A DNA stretch of 58,471 bases, counting the filler, from Sphacelaria rigidula (lineage: Eukaryota), in NCBI GenBank assembly GCA_964200075.2. It is 10 parts of 10 records of this genome, joined end to end, with 100 filler letters (N's around TTAATTAATTAA, not from the genome) between each part and the next. Parts side by side here need not be neighbours in the genome. Positions count along the whole stretch, not along the records: positions 46,859 to 52,615 come from CAXNAA020024686.1; positions 52,716 to 58,471 come from CAXNAA020024687.1; 8 more parts are not named here. One strand, 5' to 3'. The translations under genes and the position numbers were made by a program. The first letter of the stretch is position 1. Every line of letters starts with the position of its first letter. The notes under the pieces are model-generated. The model saw only the letters and a list, made by a program, of their open reading frames with translations. It was not told the DNA's origin and searched no databases. Shown here one piece after another: positions 50,151-58,471 of the stretch.

Positions 50151-50590
50151 CTGTTCCAGCAGTAGTGTCGGGAAGCGCCCAAGAAGATATCTTCAAAATA
50201 ATGAATGCGATACGACTTTCGTCTTCCACGCTCACGGTAAAAGGCCACATCGTGTATTCATGCATCCACCGAGTTGTCGTGGAAATGAGATACCTATCAT
50301 GGTCATGCGATTGATCGCAGCGATATGACGCAAATTCTTATTCGAAAAAAAAATCCGAAAATTCCTGTCAGACGAAAAGATATATATATATATATATATA
50401 TTGACGAAGATATTCAGATAAATAGCAGACACATGAAGCTGTTAACGCATGGTTTGTGCATCTTCGCTCACCAACACGTGAGAATCGTCATGTTGACCAA
50501 TCAGGTCATGCAGGTGTCAACATTGTGTCGACGGTTGGTGTACCCAGTGTGGTCATGAAATACACTTTACACTTTTCCTCATGTTCTCAC

Positions 50591-50812
50591 CTCTGCCTGG
50601 CGGTCATTCTCCGGGTTGAAATCGCAATCGTGGAGGATGACCGTGTCTGCCGAGGTAAGATTGATGCCTAGACCGCCGGCGCGGGTGCTGAGTAGGAACA
50701 CAGGAATGCTTCGATCAGAACTAAATTTGTCGATAAGGGCCTTGCGCTCCGACACCGGGGTTGATCCGTCCAGTCGGCAGAACGTCAGTCCCATCGCATC
50801 TTGCAACAGAAC
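50591..50812 (-). CDS. SMARCAD1: SMARCAD1/Fun30-type SNF2 helicase, helicase-C exon
   Basis: tgtcag|GTT...GAG|gtgaga, 222 bp. RLDGSTPV...[52 protein letters not shown] is typical of the Fun30/Etl1 subfamily. Confidence 0.88.
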
Positions 50813-51426
50813 CTGACACATGTTGAGTGAGTTTCATTGTGTTTTCCCCAGAATAAGTTAGGGAAAAAAAATGATGGAAACAATAAAATGATTGATGGAC
50901 ATGAAATACTCGAAAAAAGTAATTAAAAAAAAAAAAGTAGAGCAAAATGTACGACTACGGGAGCGAAACATTCAACAACAACCAGTATTGAATCCCTGGA
51001 GCCTCCAGAGGCGCCAGACCTCTCCTGCGAATAAGATCACAGGCTGACACTTTAACGCCTGCAACCCGGATGCTCTAGGGTAGCGTCCCTCTCCCGCTTG
51101 CGATCACCATCTCCCGATCACAACAGCATACCATGCACTCAGTGCTCCTCATGCTCCCTGACTCATGTAAAGTTCTTCAAATAACAAAGCAGCCATTTCT
51201 ACACAAACACCCACAGTCTAGGTCGGGTAGGTCCATCCGATGGATGTTGGCACACAAAAGGGGCTCACAACGAACAACCATTTTTGAACTCTTCGGCTGA
51301 CCCACGTCCTCTAAATGTTATCTTCCCTTTCTCCAAAAAAACAAAACATGACGGAAAAAAAAATCATCCCAATCAATTCAACTCCATCATAGTCCGCTAC
51401 CTGTTGTCCAAAGGTTTGAACTACAG

Positions 51427-51618
51427 TATCGCACACCCTGGACAGTGACAGTATATCGTCGAAAGATGCAATAGACGAAAAATATACTGCATAAAGTACA
51501 GGTCCATTGCAACTTTTGTCAGTCATCACTAGTTGCAACAGGTCTAGACTTTACCCAGTACACTATTTGTCTATTGCATCTCTTGACCATATTTTGTCAT
51601 TGTCCAGGGTATGCAATA
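51427..51618. mobile_element. Foldback MITE-like element
   Basis: TATCGCACACCCTGGACAGTGACA...TGTCATTGTCCAGGGTATGCAATA; termini related to 20792-20929. Confidence 0.7.
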
Positions 51619-54600
51619 TTTCCAGTGGAGGACCTGATTTTTATACTAACTTCCACCTATCCTACCAAGCTCGCTATACTCTCGTGCATATGAGAGCGCC
51701 TCTTCTTGCAATATATTCACGCGAACGTCATATTCTCGCACAAAATACTTGTACGACTTCACCTCTGACCGGTTTTGAGCCTGCAAATCAAGGCCATGCG
51801 AAGTCAGTATGTCTCCGCTGAGGAACTTCCAGTTTTCATGGGTACATGCCCGTTCCTCCTTGTGGAGTCCACATTGTGCCTCTTTATGAGCTCTACTCTG
51901 TATTACTTTGCCACAGGGGTACTTTCTGTGCATCTACTGCCTTCACTCGATTACTGGTATAACTCTCCTTTCTGGCAGGTCCAGATCTCCAACCCGAAAT
52001 CGCAGTTTCACTTTTTTCGCGGAGTCAATTCGGCCATGCAGATATGATTTCATTATCCTTTCCCCGAACCCCCCGTATACAGTATCGTCAGAGAGGGGGG
52101 GGGGGGGGGGTGGGTGGGGGCGGTGGGCTGAAAAGATTCAACCCTTTCACCTCCAGGGTGGGTATTCTGTGTCCTACATTCATGTCCTACACTTGGGCCA
52201 AGCCTGGTACTTCTTGTGTGACACCGCTGCGTCCCTTGAATCCAAGTGATGCAGGAGACTCCAGTTATGAAGGTCAGGAGTTTGAATCTCGGCACATTCC
52301 CTTTTTTTTTTTCGTTCCGTCAAGGTCATACATGATGCAGTACATTTTTGTTTTTTCATTTGGCAGCGGCGCCGGCGTCACTAGGTTGGTCTGCAGTTCA
52401 CAGCCATATGCTCAAGTCGAGCTGCTTGAATAAACTTGATAACTTGTGGTGTATAGAGAAAATGAGGGATTTACCGATGGCCCAGCCGGCTCGTAGTAGT
52501 ACGCCGAACATACGAAAAAAAAAAAAGACAATACAAGAAAAGATATACCCTTGTTTTGTATATTGTCCTTGGAAAAAACACATCACTCGGCCGCCGCGCC
52601 CCACGGGGCTTTTGANNNNNNNNNNNNNNNNNNNNNNNNNNNNNNNNNNNNNNNNNNNNTTAATTAATTAANNNNNNNNNNNNNNNNNNNNNNNNNNNNN
52701 NNNNNNNNNNNNNNNGGGTCATCATCTACAGGATGCCCTTGCCCCCTGGTCATCCAGGATCCACTATATACTCAATCGTGACGGCGTGATTTCGCCACAG
52801 ACCCCATTTTCCAGGATCCGCTGTTCTTAGGTATTCAAGAGAGGTTCCCAGAAGTGAAGTTCATCTCTCAACTGGTTCCAATCTTTCACAAAGTGAAGTT
52901 TGTTCCTGCAGCGGGTAAACATTCGACTAACCGGGTTTCTGCGACTTCCTTTTTGCGATCTAATTTCTGCGATCTGATTTCCGCGACTCGATTTCTGCGA
53001 TCCGATTCTTGCTATATTTGTTTTGCTGGAATGTTGCACTCTATGACCTCTATTGATTTCGTGTTGGGGGGGATGACTTCGTCAAACAGACATCGAACGC
53101 ATCCTGCTCCAAGGGGCACCTGGACACACAGCAGTTGACGCTACCACCTAGTACCATCCGCGAAACCGAAGTCTTGAGTGAAAACGCCCAGCGTTTGGTG
53201 CCCATGTACAAGGAAGGATGATCTTAATCTAGTATCATGCTCCAAAACGTACCTGACAAGGGGCCGACACCCCCGTACAGACAGTAGCAATGCTAGCGGA
53301 TCCTAAGTCCTGACAGTAGCAGCGGTGCACTGGAGCAGAGTTTGCAGGTGAATGTTTCGGCGATTACCTCACCTGCAGTTCGCCCAGATGTTGCGGAGTT
53401 ATTTACGATACAGTATCACTGAGTAACATTACATATATTTACATGTGGAAATGTACCAGACCCTCCGTTACGTTATAAGTAGAGATATACCAGACCCTGC
53501 ATTATATATGGAAATGTACCCAACCGTGAACAAAAGATTTCTACAGTCAGTACGAACACGATGTTAAAAGTGTACTGCGCAAAGTCAGTGTGTTGTGTGT
53601 GTTGTCGTCTTACTATTCTGGTCGCCGGTCTCCACCTCTTGGTATAGGTGGGCGCACCAGCCACGGCTGTGTTACCACGCAGCTCCGCCAAAGATACAGG
53701 CAGCCATTACAGCGGTGGAGACGGCCTTTCACTCCTGCGTGCGCCACCCGGGGCAAACGCACGCCGTAGCTGCAACACGGACAGCTTTACAAAATGTGAC
53801 GTAGCGATACAGCGCGTAGCGAGGCGTGATATCCTGCGTAGACGTTGGTCGCGATACAAGCGGCTGCATTCATGATGTGGCGAGCTGCATGGGACAACGT
53901 GAAATCAATGCAGGACAGGGATAGGCTATGGATACCACGTCCTACGATGTGCTTTGTAACGCTGCACCCTGCCGCTGTGCAGTGAGCAGGTAGTACCGCC
54001 GAACGCATCACGCTACGGTTGATGCGCAGTGTCGGCTCCACACCCATAGGGTAACCTCTGCATTGAATGAAATAAAACTGAAATAAATTACACGCGCGGG
54101 GCGCGTTATTTTCAAGGAACATGCGCGCTAGCGCGTGCACGGTTTTCCGCTTTGCCGACATCGTGCCAGCGCGCTTGTGCACTACAGCGTTGTACTCCCC
54201 TGTGGCAGTCCGTCACGGTATTACTTCTCACATTTCATCCCGCTTTATTCGAAACACGCAGAAGAGATGCCAGCGAAGTGATCGTTGTTGCACTTCACAG
54301 CGGATCCTGAAAAAGGAGGTTCATATCAAAAATGGGGTTGAAGTAACATTTCTTTCTCGTAGGGAAAATACGAAACGGTAACACGGAGCGAAAGTATCTC
54401 CCCCCCCCAAACTCCGCAGCAGTTGAGCAGCTGTGGCTAGGTGCACCCAACGAATGCGGTGTACACGCGTGTTGATGACGGTATGACCAGAGAGAGAAGC
54501 AACGACAGAGAGGAAGCTCCTCGCCCGTGTCCTTTGCGTGTCCTCGCTCGGCGATTACCAATATTGCTCGAGAGACTGGCATCATCGATGTTACCAGCAT

Positions 54601-56649
54601 TTACCCAATTTTCCATGTTGTGCCAGAAGACCGAGAGCTGCGGAGATATTTCGTCTCTTCTTCTTGCTTGATGTGAAGATCGATTTCTTTCTGCCTCTCT
54701 TTTTGGACAAGACGCGCCTCTGTGCGCTGAAAAACATGTCGTTGAAAAACCGGGCAATATTCCCGTCACCGCTACTACTGTTCTCTGTCACACACATGCC
54801 AGCAAGGACGGTGCGGCGGCAATAACAGATAGATCCAATTTGAACTTAGGGGGTGTTATTCATCGTTGATTTTCCCCCACCCCCCCCTGACCGCGTGCCC
54901 AAGCAGAAGAGCGTGCCACACGCCAGTTGAGGGGGGTGTTCAGTAGATCAAACACTTGTAGTAGATCAAACACTGGTAGAGACCTTCTTGACATGCGGAG
55001 AGAAAAATGGTACCTATGGTGGTGACCTAACTGTTGTTAGCGTGGCGCATAGAAGTCCGCCTATGCCGCGATCTGCAGCACACGCTGGTCGCGTGAACAC
55101 CTAAATAGAGGTATCTCAAACTCGGTTCCTGTATTATTTTCGCTTGAAAAATGAATGTGAGCTACATCATCCCGTCGCACAAGCTCTGCACCCATGACAC
55201 GCACGGCCCTGCTGCATTGCATCACCCCAATGGTCTGTTCATCATTTATTTCGCGTAAAACATGGGACAATGCAACACGAAACATGAATGGCTATTCGGG
55301 TGACTGTATAGGCCGAGACAAATCTGATCTAGAACGCGCAGTACAGCAGTACTGTGACGTATAGTACAGTACGGCGTTTGTTGTCATATATTACCCCTCG
55401 TTGCGTCCGTTCCGTTCGTCTATGGGTGTCACCAAGGATCAGATTACAAGAATTTGGTCAAACCCTTCGCCAGCGTCATCTCTTCCTGTCTTCAGTTGCA
55501 AAAATGAGTTGTAAAACTGAATCCTTCGACTGCCACCATGGGCATCCTCTTTCGAAGTAGATACTACGCCCAAAGGACACAAATTACCAATCCCGAGGAG
55601 TGGGAACAGCCGGAAAAGAGTGTACTTGCCACCATGCGGTCGTTTTCACGAGGCACTGAACCCAGGTAGGCCATGAAAAGACAAAGGGAGCTCCTATCGT
55701 CATGAATTCCGCTTTTCCCTCCGCCGATGCCTCGCAGTGTGCAGTTGACGTACATGTAGTGGGCGGGGATGAAGAAGCGGTATATAGGCCGTTGATCGCG
55801 GTAGCCGAGAACTGCCCAGAATTTCAAGGGAGTATGCTGCAGCGGTAGCTGCTGTTGCAGTCGGAGAGGCATACTGTACTGTACTGTGGTACTGTATTGT
55901 ACTGTGTGTATGCGCGCCGCAAAGCTGATACCCTTCGAAGAGAATTTGCCGCTTGCAACAAAGAGGGAAATCGCGACCCACCCCGACCACAAAGGGCTGT
56001 GTGGCAAGGTGATGGGACAATAATATCATCCAAAGCCACAAGTGGCGGGGGGCCCGCCGGTCACCGCATCCTCTTGAAAGCTCTATACGGCGACCCATAC
56101 TGCTTGCTACATCAGATGGTGTACATTATTACTAAATGCGCACCCTGCACCTGAAAATAGAGTAGATGACACTACCGTTCGTCCTCTTCATAACCCTGTG
56201 GTTATATGTCCGGATTTCAGCAACATAATGCCACTGTTTCGTCCAGACACCAGACAAGTCATTCCTAACCAGCCCCGTTGACCGTTCTGGAGTTCCGGTC
56301 CCAAAAGGATCACACATACCTTTTTCAAGTGAAAGTGATGCCGATTAAGCAGGTGACCTGCCCTCGCGGTCTAAGGGTCAAGTGTGTACAAAGAGAATCG
56401 GAATTAGAGTAGTAGGACTGACAGTCCCGTGTGCTCCTCGCGCGTTCGCAGAACGCGTTTCGTTCAAATTGGCACCACTCAAATCGTTTTGGGTCTATCG
56501 AAGCCGCCCCTCGCCTAGGAAATGTATGTACCGCCCTTGCTCGAGGGTTCTCGGTATGAATTGAGGGTCTACCAAGACCGTACTTTGCCTAGGGAATTCT
56601 ATGTACCGCCCTTGCCCGACGGGTCTCGGCATGCGTTGGGTTGGGGTTA

Positions 56650-57491
56650 GACCGACTTGTATGGAAGCCAATGCCGAATCTGGCGGGACCCGAATCTGTG
56701 CCAAATCGGGGGGAACCAGATTCATGAGTCTCAGATTCGTCTGTACCCCTGTATGGCTTCACAGCTTTGTTGAAATTCTTCTTACACGAACGGTCAATTT
56801 CTGGGCGGGTGTGGTATCACGGTGAAGCCGAAGAATAGGCAGGAAGGGAATCACCCTTCAAGAGCAGCGTCGTACCGTGGTACCCTAGGGTACGATGCAG
56901 TGCAGTACACTCCACAATCACAGTGTAGGATAATTCCGTGTGGTAATACATGATGGTACAGTCGGTATTGCGAGAACAGTGCACAGTGTGCGGCAAGAGT
57001 TCACGAGTGCAGTGTCACTCATCACCCTGCAACAACCGCGACAGCAGAGTGTAGGATAGTACAGTACCGTTCGTTATGATGATACATACAGCAGCACAGT
57101 GCAGCATAAAATTTTGCCATCACCGTAGGGTACGGCGTCAACACTTCTCATCCGCTTGTCAAACCCCGTGCGGAGCTGCTCCAGCAGCCGGCGCTCGCAG
57201 GCACTGCCTGTGCTGTCACGAGACCATCTGCTGCTGTTGTTGCAAAAATACCAAACGCCTGCCGCCCGATCACTATACGTCAACATACGTACGTGAGTTG
57301 CTACAGATTCGGGGGCCCTCGTTTCCCACGGATCTGAGCTCAGATTTGTGTAAAACCGTTCTCAAATCGTGACAAACAAATCTGAGCTTCCCCGATTTGT
57401 GTCAAATTGGGGTCCATACAAAGCGTTTCCGGATCTGGGATCCCCTGATCTGCGTACCGATCCGTTTTTTCGACTGCCATACAAGTCAGTC
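56650..57491. mobile_element. PIF/Harbinger-like non-autonomous element (TTA TSD)
   Basis: TTA|GACCGACTTGTATGG...CCATACAAGTCAGTC|TTA, TIR 14/15, subterminal AATCTG/CAGATT repeats. Confidence 0.75.
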
Positions 57492-57520
57492 TTAGGTTTA
57501 GGGGTAGCGATACGGGGTTA

Positions 57521-57798
57521 GTTCACCACTTGGGAGGGTGTGAAGTTTCTCAGAAATTTATGACTTCGAATAGACTTTAACACCAGTACCGGGAATCCTC
57601 CAGCGAGTGGATGGAGAGTGCTACCTAGGCAAAGGGTGCGTCGCCAGACCTCAAATCGGCGCCCCAGGCGCCGATTTCGACAAAAACGCATTCTATGCAA
57701 GCTAGGAGCATAGCCCCGGTAGAGATCCGGATTCATTTGTCCACACTGAAATCAAGTCGAACTATCTGAGAAATTTCTCACCCTCCCAAGTGGTGAAC
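57521..57798. mobile_element. 278-bp TA-flanked MITE
   Basis: TA|GTTCACCACTTGGGAGGGTG...CACCCTCCCAAGTGGTGAAC|TA, TIR about 32/34, internal palindrome AAATCGGCGCC..GGCGCCGATTT. Confidence 0.85.
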
Positions 57799-57864
57799 TA
57801 TACTGGCCTCAAAACGTATGTGCGATCGAGAAGTAGTACTACCCGCACCGCGGTCCAAGGGTTG

Positions 57865-58237
57865 AAACACGGGATCTTACAACTTGGGGATGGATCTTTT
57901 ATTGGGGATGAGAAGCCCGAAATAATAAAGTCTTCGTATCCACACCACATCTTCGAAATATGTTTCCATTTCTTACCTAGTAATAGCTATTGACAACTGC
58001 TACACGCCATGGAAATTTGGATGTCGATCACCAAAATATTGGGATCCTAGATGAAAAAACGAATTTGGGCAATTTCGGGTGTCCGAACGGACGCCAAAAT
58101 GGTTCCGAAATTGAGTTTTTGCCTAGGACTCCAACATTTCGGTGATCGAAATCCAGATTTCCGTGGCGTGTGGAAGTTGTCAATAGCTATCAGTAGGTGA
58201 AGAAATAGAACCATGTTTCGAAGATTTGGTTTGGATA
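57865..58237. mobile_element. Long-TIR foldback element, also present at ~46950-47150
   Basis: 57934-58037 is the inverted homolog of 58136-58240. The left arm matches the reverse complement of the contig-9 start. Confidence 0.7.
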
Positions 58238-58471
58238 CGAGCTGGGCCAGCCCAGAAACGGATTTAACCTGGCAGAGCAATATCTCATCACCGGAAACGA
58301 ATTGGGCCGTGGTCCGCATATAACAGTGTTTTCATGAGATTGAGGGTAGATGATACGATTGAGAATGAAACGCGGTCAATCAGTGAATGAATCGTTTCAG
58401 TTCCGACATGCTTTCTGCAATAGCTGGCCACTGAGGCCCTTGATATCCCTGGGTAGGATATCGACGTGTGG

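Noticed and set aside
5759..52715. ~5857-bp periodicity of TTAATTAATTAA
   Set aside because: Assembly linker embedded in N runs, not biological.
54295..54800. Possible hAT dimerisation-domain relic
   Set aside because: FW and SRAIL pieces are in different frames and the ER.FS motif is absent.

Overview
This is not a contiguous locus. It is ten unrelated eukaryotic contigs of 5756-5758 bp in descending size order, joined by an artificial 100-bp linker (44 N + TTAATTAATTAA + 44 N, stops in all six frames). Contigs: 1-5758, 5859-11616, 11717-17473, 17574-23330, 23431-29187, 29288-35044, 35145-40901, 41002-46758, 46859-52615, 52716-58471. Short GT-AG exons in long TE-filled introns, an axonemal dynein and the repeat content point to a flagellated eukaryote, most likely a brown alga (inference, no search run). 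Host gene fragments: two exons of exocyst Sec5 (-), six exons of an outer-arm-type dynein heavy chain (+), one ROK-family kinase exon (+) and two exons of a SMARCAD1/Fun30-type SNF2 helicase (-). The rest is mostly transposon-derived: a Ty1/copia unit, a deleted chromovirus-type Ty3/gypsy relic, LINE 3' ends, SINEs, several MITE families and satellites. Best leads: a 139-bp-arm hairpin (small-RNA precursor candidate), a copia arranged RT-RNaseH-LTR-gag-PR-IN around one LTR, the same LTR family on a very different internal region, an intronless decayed multi-pass membrane protein gene, and possible KDZ-like transposase relics. I found no support for a coherent novel multi-gene system, and neighbourhood arguments across linkers are invalid. 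All identities and alignments were done by eye.
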